Assembly (NCBI GenBank): GCA_035652275.1
Contig: DASREB010000117.1
Span: forward strand, 5,408 to 69,407
Direction of reading: 5' to 3'
DNA length: 64,000 bases
Source of the DNA: Burkholderiales bacterium
GTDB lineage: Bacteria > Pseudomonadota > Gammaproteobacteria > Burkholderiales > SG8-39
Numbering within the stretch: position 1 is the first letter of the stretch; each line of letters starts with the position of its first letter. The notes beneath the pieces are model-generated. The model did not search any database. It saw only the letters and a program-made list of their open reading frames with translations, and was not told the origin of the DNA. A program made the position numbers and the translations under genes. Below are positions 8,840 through 19,090 of the stretch, piece after piece.

Positions 8840-10649
8840 AGACTACGCGCTGATCGGCGGCTGCCACACCGCTGCACTGGTGGGCCGCGACGGCTCCATC
8901 GACTGGCTCTGCTTTCCTCGTTTCGATTCAGGCGCGTGTTTCGCCGCCCTGCTCGGCGAGCCGCGGCACGGGCGCTGGCTCATCGCACCGGCGGGCGCTG
9001 TGCAGCGCACGCGGCGGCGCTACCGCGAAGGCACGCTGATCCTGGAAACCGACTTCGAGACCGCCGAAGGCGCCGTGCGCATCACCGATTGCATGCCGCT
9101 TTCCAACAAGCGCTGGGATCTGGTGCGCATCGTCGAAGGCTTGCGCGGACAGGTGCCCATGCGCATGCAACTCGTCATCCGCTTCGATTATGGCTCGATC
9201 GTTCCATGGGTACGCCGGCACGGCAACGCTCTGGTGGCGACCGCCGGACCGCACACGATCGAGCTCCACGCCGGCGTGGCCACGCGCGGGCAAGACATGA
9301 CGACGGTGGCCGAGTTCGTTGCCCGCGAGGGCGAGCAAACGCCGTTCGTGCTCAATTACCACGCTTCTTACGAACCGGCGAGTCCGACGGTGGACGCACA
9401 GCAGGCGCTGGCGGCAACGGAACGCGACTGGCGGACATGGTTCGCGCATTGCACCTATCGCGGACGCTGGCGCACTGCCGTGGAGCGCTCGCTGATCGTG
9501 CTGAAGGCGCTGACCTTCATGCCCACCGGAGGGATCGTCGCCGCGCCCACCACTTCTTTGCCGGAGCAACCCGGGGGCGTGCGCAACTGGGACTACCGGT
9601 TTTGCTGGCTGCGCGACGCCACGTTTACGCTCAACGCTTTTCTCGCCGCCGGCTACCGTGACGAGGCGGCGGCCTGGCGGGAGTGGCTGCTGCGTGCCGC
9701 CGCCGGAGCGCCCGGCGACTTGCAGATCCTCTACAGCCTGACTGGAAAACGGCGCGTCGACGAAGTGGCACTCGACTGGCTGCCGGGCTATCAGGGCGCG
9801 GCGCCCGTTCGGATCGGAAACGCCGCCGCGAAGCAGTTCCAGCTCGACGTCTACGGCGAGGTCGTGGACACGCTGCATCTCGCGCGCTGCGCGGGACTGC
9901 CGCCCGAAGCGCATGCCTGGCGGATCGAACGAGCGCTGCTTGGCTTCCTGGAACTGAACTGGCAAAAACCCGATGAAGGCATCTGGGAAGTCCGGGGGCC
10001 GAAGCGGCACTTCACGCATTCCAAGGTGATGGCCTGGGTCGCGTTCGACCGGGCGGTGAAAGCGGTCGAGAAGTTCGGGCTCGACGGTCCGGTCGAGCAT
10101 TGGCACCAGGTGCGTAACACGATCCACGCGCAGGTCTGCGAAAAGGGCTTCGACGCGCGGCGCAACGCCTTCGTGCAGTCGTATGGCTCGGCTGAGCTTG
10201 ATGCGAGCCTGCTTCTGATGCCGCTCGTTGGTTTCCTGCCGGCCGACGATCCGCGGGTACACGGCACGGTTGAGGCTATCGAGCGCGAGCTGCTGGTCGA
10301 TGGCCTGGTGCGGCGTTACTCGGCCGCCAGCCGCGTGGATGGCCTTCCGCCCGGCGAGGGGACGTTCTTGCCCTGCTCGTTCTGGCTTGCCGACAACTTC
10401 GCGCTGCTCGGCCGCCAGGAAGATGCGGAGGCACTTTTTGAGCGGCTGCTTTCGCTAAGCAACGAAGTCGGCCTGCTTCCTGAGGAATACGACCCGCTCA
10501 CACGGCGCATGCTCGGCAATTTCCCGCAGGCGCTTACCCACGTCGCGCTCGTGAACACCGCACGGCTGCTGTCTGACTCGGCGCGCCGGTCGCGGCTCTC
10601 CACCGCGGGAGGCGAGCGTGCCGGCGCAGTCGCCTCGATTTCCGCATGA
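8823..10649 (+). CDS. Glycoside hydrolase family 15 protein (glucoamylase/trehalase-like, about 608 aa)
   Basis: The translation begins [45 protein letters not shown] and continues ...[16 protein letters not shown]...WEVRG...[14 protein letters not shown]. It overlaps zwf by 17 nt. Confidence 0.85.
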
Positions 10650-12727
10650 AACCTGAACTCACTCGCTCGATCGACCAGCTTTGCATCGACACGATCCGCA
10701 CCCTCTCGATGGATGCCGTGCAGCAGGCGAAGTCCGGCCATCCCGGCACGCCGATGGCACTCGCACCGGTGATCTACACCTTGTGGCAGCGTTTTCTGCG
10801 CTTCGACCCCGAAGACCCGATCTGGCCGAACCGCGACCGGTTCGTGCTCTCCAACGGGCATGCCTCCATGCTCCTCTATGCGAGTCTGCATCTGGCAGGT
10901 GTCAAGGCGGTCGACGCGAAGTACGAGCGCCTTGGCGAGCCCGCCGTCTCGCTCGAGGACATCAAGCGCTTCAGGCAGCTCGGCAGCAAGTGTCCCGGGC
11001 ACCCGGAATATCACCTGACCTCGGGCGTGGAGACGACCAGCGGACCGCTTGGCCAGGGATGCGCCACGAGCGTCGGCATGGCTATCGGCGCACGCTGGCT
11101 CGCGCAGCACTTCAATCGGCCGTCTTTCGCGCTTTTCGACTACGACGTGTACGTGCTGTGCAGCGACGGTGACATGATGGAAGGCGTGTCGAGTGAAGCG
11201 GCATCGCTCGCCGGTCACCTGATGCTTGGCAATCTTTGCTGGATCTACGACAACAACCGCGTGACGATCGAAGGCCATACGGACCTCGCCTTCAGCGATG
11301 ACGTCGCTGCACGCTTCCTCGCCTACGGATGGAACGTCCAGAGGGTCGGCGACGCCAACGATACTGACGCGCTGGCGCATGCCATCGAGGCTTTTCGCGA
11401 GACGGGCGACGTGCCGACCCTCATCGTCGTGGACAGCCACATCGGCTACGGCGCCCCGCACAAGCACGATACGAGCGCCGCGCATGGCGAGCCGCTCGGC
11501 GAGGAAGAGATCCGCCTTGCCAAGCGCAGCTATGGCTGGCCCGAGGACGCGCAGTTCCTAGTGCCCGACGGTGTGCGCGAGCATTTCCGCGCCGGCCTCG
11601 GCGCGCGCGGTCTGCGCCTTCGACAGGCCTGGTCCGCGCTCTTCGCGTCCTACCGCACAAGGTACCCGGAGCTTGCAGGCGCGCTCGAGCAGATGCAGCA
11701 GCGCGAGCTGCCCGAAGGCTGGGACGCCGCCCTGCCGGTCTTTGCCGCGGATGCAAAGGGGCTGGCGAGCCGCGATTCCTCGGCCAAGCTGCTGAACGCG
11801 ATCGCCCGCAAACATCCCTGGCTCATCGGCGGCTCGGCGGATCTCTCTCCCTCCACCAAGACGCATCTCACCGCCGAGGACGCCGGCGACCTGGAAGCGG
11901 GAAATCCCGGCGGCCGCAACCTGCACTTCGGCGTGCGCGAGCACGCTATGGGCGCGATCCTGAACGGTCTCGCGCTTTCCAAAATTCGCGCCTTCGGCTC
12001 GGGCTTCCTCATCTTCTCCGACTACATGAAGCCGCCGATGCGCCTCGCCGCTCTGATGGAGCTGCCGGTCATCTACGTGTTCACGCATGACTCGGTCGGC
12101 GTAGGCGAGGACGGGCCAACGCACCAGCCCGTGGAACAACTCATCGCGCTGCGCTCGATCCCTGGCCTGATCACGCTGCGCCCCGCCGATGCCAACGAAG
12201 TGACCGAAGCGTGGCGCACCATCATGCGTCTCAAGCACCAACCTGCATGTCTGGTGCTGAGCCGCCAAACGCTTCCCACTTTCGACCGCGCGCGCTATGC
12301 AAGCGCGGCCGGCGTAAGCCGCGGCGGCTACATCCTTGCCGGCGCCGAGGAGACGGCGCCAGCCGTCATCCTTATAGGAACAGGCAGCGAGGTCGCGTTG
12401 TGTCTCGACGCATTCGAGAAGCTCAAGCAGGAAGGCACTGCGGCGCGGGTCGTCAGCCTGCCGTCCTGGGAGCTCTTCGAGCAGCAGGATCGGGCCTATC
12501 GCGATCAGGTACTGCCGCCCGAGGTCCGCGCGCGCGTATGCGTAGAGATGGGCTCGGTGATCGGCTGGGATCGCTATGCCGGCGCCACCGGCGCCGTGAT
12601 CGGCATGCACACGTTCGGCTCCTCCGCGCCGCTCAAGGATCTGCTCGCGAAGTTCGGCTTCGTGCCCGAGCACGTGCTCGCGGCGGCGAAAGAGCAGATC
12701 GCCCTCACCCAAAGGAAACTCCGATGA
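10646..12727 (+). CDS. tkt: Transketolase
   Basis: Conserved blocks include CIDTIRTLSMDAVQQAKSGHPGTPMALAP...DRFVLSNGHASMLLY...GPLGQG...CSDGDMMEGVS.EA. The start overlaps the upstream stop as ATGA. Confidence 0.95.
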   Translation: MKPELTRSIDQLCIDTIRTLSMDAVQQAKSGHPGTPMALAPVIYTLWQRFLRFDPEDPIWPNRDRFVLSNGHASMLLYASLHLAGVKAVDAKYERLGEPAVSLEDIKRFRQLGSKCPGHPEYHLTSGVETTSGPLGQGCATSVGMAIGARWLAQHFNRPSFALFDYDVYVLCSDGDMMEGVSSEAASLAGHLMLGNLCWIYDNNRVTIEGHTDLAFSDDVAARFLAYGWNVQRVGDANDTDALAHAIEAFRETGDVPTLIVVDSHIGYGAPHKHDTSAAHGEPLGEEEIRLAKRSYGWPEDAQFLVPDGVREHFRAGLGARGLRLRQAWSALFASYRTRYPELAGALEQMQQRELPEGWDAALPVFAADAKGLASRDSSAKLLNAIARKHPWLIGGSADLSPSTKTHLTAEDAGDLEAGNPGGRNLHFGVREHAMGAILNGLALSKIRAFGSGFLIFSDYMKPPMRLAALMELPVIYVFTHDSVGVGEDGPTHQPVEQLIALRSIPGLITLRPADANEVTEAWRTIMRLKHQPACLVLSRQTLPTFDRARYASAAGVSRGGYILAGAEETAPAVILIGTGSEVALCLDAFEKLKQEGTAARVVSLPSWELFEQQDRAYRDQVLPPEVRARVCVEMGSVIGWDRYAGATGAVIGMHTFGSSAPLKDLLAKFGFVPEHVLAAAKEQIALTQRKLR

Positions 12728-15567
12728 AAACCGAACGCCAAAGGAAGCCCGATGCCAACCCGCTCGAGTCGCTGCACGAATGCGGTCAGGCCGTATGGCT
12801 CGACTTTCTCTCGCGGCGCTTCATCGCCGAAGGCGGCTTGAGGCGGCTGGTCGAGCACGATCGCCTTGCAGGCGTCACTTCCAATCCCACGATTTTCGAG
12901 AAGGCGATCGCCGGCAGCGCCGACTATGACGCGGCGCTGCAGGAAGCGGAGCAGCAAGCCGATGTCGGCGTCATGGCGCTCTACGAGCGGCTCGCGCTCG
13001 AAGACATTCGGCATGCGGCGGACGTACTGCGTCCGGTTTACGACGCCACGCACAGTCAGGACGGCTACGTCAGCCTGGAAGTTTCGCCGTACCTCGCGAA
13101 CGACACCGAGGGAACGGTGACCGAAGCGCGGCGCCTATCGCAGGCCGTGGCGCGCGACAACGTGATGATCAAGGTGCCGGCCACGCAGGCGGGCTTGCCC
13201 GCGATACGCCGGCTCACCGCCGAAGGCATCAAGGTCAACATCACGCTGCTCTTCTCGCAGCAGGTTTACGAAGAGGTTGTCGAGGCGTATCTCGCCGGTC
13301 TTGAAGAGTTTGTCGCACGCGGTGGCGACCCGCGCAAAATCACGAGCGTCGCCAGCTTTTTCGTCAGCCGCATCGACGTCGCAGTGGACAAGATCGTCGA
13401 GCAGCGGCTGCGTGGGAACCCGGATGCGGGCGAGCGCGAAGCGCTTTCCCGCCTGCGCGGCAAGGTGGCGGTGGCCAATGCCAAGCTCGCCTACCAGCGC
13501 TACAAGCGTCTCTTCGCCGGCGCGCGCTGGGAGAAGCTGCGCGCCAAAGGCGCCCGCGTCCAGCGACTGCTCTGGGCGAGCACCGGCACGAAGAATCCGG
13601 CCTACAGCGATGTGCTCTATGTGGAGGAGCTGATCGCGCCCGATACCGTCAACACGATGCCGCCCGCGACGATGGACGCGTTCCGCGACCACGGTCGGGT
13701 GGAGCTCAGCCTCGAGCGGCGCATCGACGATGCCGAGCAGCTCATGGCGGCGCTCGATCGGCAGGGCATCTCGATCGACGCGCTGACCGCGAAGCTGACC
13801 GAGGACGGCGTGCAGACGTTCAACGACGCTTTCGACAAGCTGCTGGGTGCGCTCGCCCGCAAACGCGCGGCGCTTCTCGGCGATAAGCTCGATCGCCAGG
13901 ACATCAGGCTTCCCGCAGCGCTTGAGAAGCCCATAGCCGACTCGCTCGAGTCCTGGCGGCATGAAGGCGCCGTGCGCCGCCTGTGGGCGGGCGACGCAGG
14001 CCTCTGGACCGGCAAAGACGAAGCGAGTTGGCTAGGCTGGCTCGGCATCGTCGAGAAGCAGCGCGAGCGCATCGCCGCGCTCGAGGCGATCAGCGACGAC
14101 ATCCGCGGCGAGAGCGTCTCGCACCTCGTGCTTCTCGGCATGGGAGGCTCGAGCCTCGGCCCGGAAGTGCTTGCGGAAACATTCGGCCGCGAGCAGCAGG
14201 GCCCCGAGCTGCGAGTGCTCGATTCGACCGATCCGGCACAGATCCGCAGCGTCGAAAAAAGCATCGACCTCGCCCGGACACTGTTCATCGTCTCGAGCAA
14301 ATCCGGCAGCACGCTCGAGCCGAACATCCTCGAGCAGTATTTCGATCAGCGTGTCACGGCGCTGCTCGGCTCGGATCGGGCGGGCGCGCGCTTCATCGCC
14401 GTAACCGATCCGGGATCGTCCCTGGAGAAGCTCGCCGAGCGTAAACGCTTCCGCCATATCGCGTACGGTGAGCCGAGCATCGGCGGCCGTTATTCGGTGC
14501 TTTCCGATTTCGGCATGGTTCCGGCCGCGGCGATGGGCGTCGACATCGGCAGGCTGCTTAGCGCGGCGCAGCGCATGGTGCGCTCCTGCGGCGAGAATGT
14601 GCCGCCCTCGGAAAACCCCGGCGTGGTGCTCGGCACCGTCATGGGCGTTCTCGCAAAGTCCGGGCGGGACAAGCTCACTGTCCTCACCTCCCCCGGTATC
14701 GCCGGCTTCGGCGCCTGGCTCGAGCAGCTCGTCGCGGAGTCGACCGGCAAGCTCGGCCGGGGGCTGATTCCGGTCGATGCCGAGCCCTTGGGGACGCCGG
14801 ACGTATACGGGCGGGACCGCTTGTTCGCCTACCTGCGGCTGGCGGGCGAAGCCGATGCGAAGCAGGATGAAGCGATCATCGCGCTGGAACGCGCGGGGCA
14901 TCCCGTGGTGCGCATCGTGGTCGGCGAGCGCTACAACATCGGCCAGGAATTCTTCCGCTGGGAAATCGCGACCGCGGTTGCCGGCGCGATCCTGGAGATC
15001 AATCCGTTCGACCAGCCGGATGTCGAGGCGAGTAAGCTCAAAACGCGCCAGCTCACCTCCGCCTACGAAAAGACCGGCAAGCTGCCGCCGGAAGGCCACG
15101 AAGGCAAGGCCCTCGCAATCGATGACGGCAAGCTCGTCGAAGCTCTCGCAGCGCACTTCGAAAGCCTGTGGGCCGGCGATTACTTTGCGCTGCTCGCGTA
15201 CGTCGAGCGCAACGCCCGGCATCGCGACGCCTTGACGGAAATCCGCCGCATGATTCGCGACAGCAGGCACGTGGCGACCTGCCTTGGCTTCGGACCGCGC
15301 TTCCTGCATTCGACGGGGCAAGCGTACAAAGGCGGACCGAACAGTGGCGCGTTCCTGCAGCTCACCTGTGACGATGCCGCCGATCTCGCGGTGCCGGGAC
15401 AGAAATACAGCTTCGGCCTGGTGAAGTCGGCCCAGGCGCGCGGCGATTTGGAGGTGCTGGCCGAGCGCGGCAGGCGGGTGCTGCGCGTGCATCTCGGGGC
15501 GGATGTCGCGGCGGGTCTCGCCGCGCTGAAGCGTGCGGTCGCGCAGGCGCTGCCGGCGAGTCGATAA
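12724..15567 (+). CDS. Bifunctional transaldolase / glucose-6-phosphate isomerase (about 947 aa)
   Basis: The N-terminal half is transaldolase (NPLESLHECGQAVWLDFLSRRFI..GVTSNPTIFEKAI...MIKVPAT.AGLPAI). The C-terminal half is PGI-like (LLGMGGSSLGPEVL...IVSSKSGSTLEP). The start overlaps the tkt stop as ATGA. The N-terminal 171 aa of the 1118-aa ORF overlap tkt and were rejected. Confidence 0.9.
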   Translation: MKTERQRKPDANPLESLHECGQAVWLDFLSRRFIAEGGLRRLVEHDRLAGVTSNPTIFEKAIAGSADYDAALQEAEQQADVGVMALYERLALEDIRHAADVLRPVYDATHSQDGYVSLEVSPYLANDTEGTVTEARRLSQAVARDNVMIKVPATQAGLPAIRRLTAEGIKVNITLLFSQQVYEEVVEAYLAGLEEFVARGGDPRKITSVASFFVSRIDVAVDKIVEQRLRGNPDAGEREALSRLRGKVAVANAKLAYQRYKRLFAGARWEKLRAKGARVQRLLWASTGTKNPAYSDVLYVEELIAPDTVNTMPPATMDAFRDHGRVELSLERRIDDAEQLMAALDRQGISIDALTAKLTEDGVQTFNDAFDKLLGALARKRAALLGDKLDRQDIRLPAALEKPIADSLESWRHEGAVRRLWAGDAGLWTGKDEASWLGWLGIVEKQRERIAALEAISDDIRGESVSHLVLLGMGGSSLGPEVLAETFGREQQGPELRVLDSTDPAQIRSVEKSIDLARTLFIVSSKSGSTLEPNILEQYFDQRVTALLGSDRAGARFIAVTDPGSSLEKLAERKRFRHIAYGEPSIGGRYSVLSDFGMVPAAAMGVDIGRLLSAAQRMVRSCGENVPPSENPGVVLGTVMGVLAKSGRDKLTVLTSPGIAGFGAWLEQLVAESTGKLGRGLIPVDAEPLGTPDVYGRDRLFAYLRLAGEADAKQDEAIIALERAGHPVVRIVVGERYNIGQEFFRWEIATAVAGAILEINPFDQPDVEASKLKTRQLTSAYEKTGKLPPEGHEGKALAIDDGKLVEALAAHFESLWAGDYFALLAYVERNARHRDALTEIRRMIRDSRHVATCLGFGPRFLHSTGQAYKGGPNSGAFLQLTCDDAADLAVPGQKYSFGLVKSAQARGDLEVLAERGRRVLRVHLGADVAAGLAALKRAVAQALPASR

Positions 15568-15569
15568 GC

Positions 15570-16400
15570 GTGAGCGTCCGTAGCCGGCCGCGGCCGGCGA
15601 CGATCTCGGCCTTGATCTCGGACGTCGACGGCACTCTCGTCACCGATGACAAGCGCCTCACCGAGCGAACCTGCACCGCCGTTGCCCGGCTGCGCGACGC
15701 CGGCATCGCGTTCACCATCATCAGCAGCCGCCCGCCGCGCGGCCTGCGCATGCTGATCGAGCCGCTCCGGCTCAACGCGCCGCTCGCCGCCTTCAACGGC
15801 GGCCTGCTCGTCACGCCCGAGCTCGTCGTCACGGGCGAGCCGCATTTCCTGCTGCCGCCCGTAGCGCGGCGGGCGATCGACTTCCTGCATGGCCGCTGCG
15901 CCGACGTCTGGCTCTTTACCGCGGACGAGTGGCGCGTACGCGATGCCAACGGCGCTTACGTACCGCGCGAAGAGCGCACGGTAAGGTTCGCGCCTCGCGT
16001 TGTTGCCGACTTCGCCGATACCGAGCACGTAGGAAAAGTGGTGGGCGTGAGCGAAGACTTCGAGCTGCTGCGCCGCCTGGAGATTGACGCGCGTGCAGCC
16101 TTCAAGGACGAGGCGGCCGTCGCGCGCTCGCAGCCCTATTACCTGGATTTCACCCACCCGCTTGCGAACAAGGGCGTGGCGTTCTCCGCGCTGGCGAAGC
16201 TCCTCGCGCTGCGCGAGGAGCGCATCGCCGTCATCGGCGACGGCATGAACGACATCGCCATGTTCGAGCGCGCGGGCATGAGCGTCGCCATGGGCAACGG
16301 GTTCCCCGAGGTGCGCCGCGCCGCGCGCTTCGTCACGGCGAGCAATGGGCAGGACGGATTCGCGCAGGCCGTGGACCAGTTCGTCCTCCAGCAAGCATGA
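15570..16400 (+). CDS. Cof-type HAD-IIB sugar phosphatase (paralog A)
   Basis: Motifs present are ISDVDGTLVTDDKRL, SSRPPRG and GDGMNDIAMFERAGMSVAMGNG. GTG start lies 2 nt after the tal-pgi stop. Confidence 0.8.
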   Translation: MSVRSRPRPATISALISDVDGTLVTDDKRLTERTCTAVARLRDAGIAFTIISSRPPRGLRMLIEPLRLNAPLAAFNGGLLVTPELVVTGEPHFLLPPVARRAIDFLHGRCADVWLFTADEWRVRDANGAYVPREERTVRFAPRVVADFADTEHVGKVVGVSEDFELLRRLEIDARAAFKDEAAVARSQPYYLDFTHPLANKGVAFSALAKLLALREERIAVIGDGMNDIAMFERAGMSVAMGNGFPEVRRAARFVTASNGQDGFAQAVDQFVLQQA

Positions 16401-17212
16401 AGAGAATTTCGCTCGTGGTTGCGGATGTCGACGGCACGCTGGTCACCGAGGACAAGGTGCTTACGCCGCGCGCGCGGCAGGCGGTGAGAGCGCTGCACGC
16501 GGCCGGCATTGGGTTTGCGATCACGAGCGGCCGGCCGCCGCGCGGCATGGCGATGCTCGTCGAGCCACTCGCCCTCGAGACCCCTATCGCCGGCTTCAAC
16601 GGCGGCGCCTTCGTGCACCCCGACATGGCGGTGATCGAAGAGCACCTGCTTCCTGCCGAAGTCGCGCGGCGCGCCGTGGAAGTGATCCTCGGCCACCGCA
16701 TGGACCTCTGGGTCTACAGCGCTCAGAACTGGCTGGTGCGCGATCCCAAAGCTGCGCATGTTGCGCGCGAGCAGTGGACCGTCAAATTCCCGCCGACGGT
16801 GGTCCACGACCTCGCGGCCGCGCTCGAGCACGCTTCCAAGATCGTCGGCGTGAGCGACGATCATGCGCTCGTCGCGCGCTGCGAAAAGGATGCGCAGACG
16901 GCGCTCGGCGAGGCCGCTTCGGCGGCGCGCTCCCAGCCGTACTATCTGGACGTCACTCACCCGGCCGCGAACAAGGGCACGGTGATCGCCACGCTCTCGC
17001 GCCTGCTCGCCGTCCCGGCCGACGAGATCGCCACCATCGGCGACATGCCGAACGATGTGCTGATGTTCGCCAGGAGCGGTCTCAGCATCGCGATGGGCAA
17101 CGCCAGCGCGGAAGTCCAGGCGCAGGCCGACTGCGTTACCGACTCCTATAACGACGAAGGTTTCGCAAGGGCGATGGAGCGCTTCGTGCTCGCTCCGCTG
17201 GAAGTCCAATGA
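16397..17212 (+). CDS. Cof-type HAD-IIB sugar phosphatase (paralog B)
   Basis: Motifs present are VADVDGTLVTEDKVL, TSGRPPRG and GDMPNDVLMFARSGLSIAMGNA. The start overlaps the upstream stop as ATGA. Confidence 0.85.
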   Translation: MKRISLVVADVDGTLVTEDKVLTPRARQAVRALHAAGIGFAITSGRPPRGMAMLVEPLALETPIAGFNGGAFVHPDMAVIEEHLLPAEVARRAVEVILGHRMDLWVYSAQNWLVRDPKAAHVAREQWTVKFPPTVVHDLAAALEHASKIVGVSDDHALVARCEKDAQTALGEAASAARSQPYYLDVTHPAANKGTVIATLSRLLAVPADEIATIGDMPNDVLMFARSGLSIAMGNASAEVQAQADCVTDSYNDEGFARAMERFVLAPLEVQ

Positions 17213-17895
17213 GCTCGCTCGTAGTCGCGCCGTCCATTCTTTCGGCGGACCTCAGCCGGCTCGGCGAGGAAGTGCGCGCGGTGGACCGCGCGGGCGCCGA
17301 CTGGATCCACATCGACGTGATGGACGGCCGCTTCGTGCCGAACATCTCCTTCGGGATGCCGATCGTCGAAGCAGTGCGCCGCTGCACCACGAAGCCGCTC
17401 AACGTGCACCTCATGATCGTCGAGCCCGAGCGTTACCTGGAGGCCTTCGCGCAGGCTGGAGCCGACCACCTGCTCGTGCAGTCGGAGCCTTCTTCCACCA
17501 TTCACCTGCACCGAGTTCTTTCCCGCATCCGGGAGCTCGGCAAAAAGGCGGGCGCGGTGCTCGATCCGGGGAGCCCGGTATCGTTCGTCGAGGGCGTGCT
17601 GCACCTCTGCGACGTGGTCCTCGTCATGACGGTCAATCCCGGATTCGGCGGCCAGAAATTCCTGCCCGAGGTGCTTCCGAAAATCGAAACGCTGCGGCGG
17701 CTGTGCGAAGCGCGCAGACTCGAACCTCGGATCGCCGTGGATGGCGGCCAAGATGCGCACAACGCCGCTCGCGCGGTCGCGGCCGGCGCCGATGCCATCA
17801 TCGCCGGCTCGGCGATCTTCGGATCCACTGACTATGCGGCGGCCATCGCCGCCATCCGGCGTAGCGCCCCACGGGAAATGCGAGCTGCACCGTGA
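17209..17895 (+). CDS. rpe: Ribulose-phosphate 3-epimerase
   Basis: Conserved blocks include VAPSILSADLSRLGEEVRAVDRAGADWIHIDVMDGRFVPNISFG...MTVNPGFGGQKF...VDGG. The start overlaps the upstream stop as ATGA. Confidence 0.95.
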   Translation: MSSLVVAPSILSADLSRLGEEVRAVDRAGADWIHIDVMDGRFVPNISFGMPIVEAVRRCTTKPLNVHLMIVEPERYLEAFAQAGADHLLVQSEPSSTIHLHRVLSRIRELGKKAGAVLDPGSPVSFVEGVLHLCDVVLVMTVNPGFGGQKFLPEVLPKIETLRRLCEARRLEPRIAVDGGQDAHNAARAVAAGADAIIAGSAIFGSTDYAAAIAAIRRSAPREMRAAP

Positions 17896-18593
17896 TCGAG
17901 ACACGCGTATTCGAAGATGCCGAGGCATTTGCCCGCCATGCCGCGCAATGGCTTTGCGAGCTCGCGCTGCGCTCGGCCGGCAAGTTCGCGATATCACTCT
18001 CGGGCGGATCTACCCCGCGCCGGTTCTACGAGCTGCTTGCCGAAGCGCCTCTTCCCTGGAACCGCGTGCACTGGTTCTGGGGCGACGAGCGCTTCGTACC
18101 GCCGGATCATCCGGACAGCAATTACCGCATGGCGCGCGAGGCACTGCTGTCGCGAGCGCCCGTCCCCGGAGCGAACGTTCATGCGATCCCGACCGAACGC
18201 ATCTCGCCGAAGGAAGCCGCATCGGCCTACGAGGCAACGCTGAAGCGCTTCTATGGCGCCGAAATGCTCCTGCCGCAACGGCCGCTCTTCGACGTGATGC
18301 TCCTCGGCATCGGCGACGACGGCCACACCGCTTCGCTGTTCCCAGGCCACGCGGCGCTCGAGGAGGAGCGGCGCTGGGTGGTAGCGGTCCATGGTGTAAA
18401 GGCGCAAGCGCGCATCACGCTCACCTATCCGGCGCTACAGAGCAGCCGGGAGAGCGCATTCCTGGTCACCGGTGGCGCGAAGAGAGAAGCGCTACGGCGC
18501 GCGCGCGCCGGCGATCGGGGCATCCCGGCCGGCCGGCTGCGCCCGGCGGGAAACCTCCACTGGTTCGTCGATCGCGCGGCGGCAGGCCAATGA
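17892..18593 (+). CDS. pgl: 6-phosphogluconolactonase
   Basis: Conserved blocks include FAISLSGGSTPRRFYELLA...VHWFWGDERFVPPDHPDSNY...DVMLLGIGDDGHTASLFPG. GTG start overlaps the rpe stop as GTGA. Confidence 0.85.
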   Translation: MIETRVFEDAEAFARHAAQWLCELALRSAGKFAISLSGGSTPRRFYELLAEAPLPWNRVHWFWGDERFVPPDHPDSNYRMAREALLSRAPVPGANVHAIPTERISPKEAASAYEATLKRFYGAEMLLPQRPLFDVMLLGIGDDGHTASLFPGHAALEEERRWVVAVHGVKAQARITLTYPALQSSRESAFLVTGGAKREALRRARAGDRGIPAGRLRPAGNLHWFVDRAAAGQ

Positions 18594-19090
18594 CTTCGGC
18601 AATCGTCGTCATGGGCGTCTCGGGCAGCGGCAAGACCACGGTCGCGGCGCTCCTCGCCGGGCGGCTGAACTGGGAGTTCGAAGACGGCGACTGGCTCCAT
18701 CCCGAGGCCAATGTCGAGAAGATGCATCGCGGGATTGCGCTGACGGACGAAGATCGCTGGCCATGGCTGCGGGCGATCGCCGCGTGGATCGACGAGAAGC
18801 GGCGCGAGGGCCGCCATGGCGTGGTCGCCTGCTCGGCGTTGAAGCGCAGCTACCGGGACGTGCTGATCGGCGAGCGGCGCGATGTGCGCCTCGTTTATCT
18901 GAAAGGGGATGAAGCGCTCATCGCCCGGCGCATCACGGCGCGCCACGGGCATTTCATGCCGGCCACGCTCCTGCACAGCCAGTTCGAGACGCTCGAGGAG
19001 CCCGGGGAAGACGAACGGCCGATCACCGTCACCATCGACGCGCGGCCGGCGCAGATCGTCTCCCGAATTGTCGAGGAGCTCGGCGAATGA
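18590..19090 (+). CDS. gntK: Gluconokinase (GntK/IdnK family)
   Basis: Conserved blocks include [49 protein letters not shown]...[13 protein letters not shown]. The start overlaps the pgl stop as ATGA. It lies inside a longer spurious 449-aa ORF. Confidence 0.85.
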   Translation: MTSAIVVMGVSGSGKTTVAALLAGRLNWEFEDGDWLHPEANVEKMHRGIALTDEDRWPWLRAIAAWIDEKRREGRHGVVACSALKRSYRDVLIGERRDVRLVYLKGDEALIARRITARHGHFMPATLLHSQFETLEEPGEDERPITVTIDARPAQIVSRIVEELGE

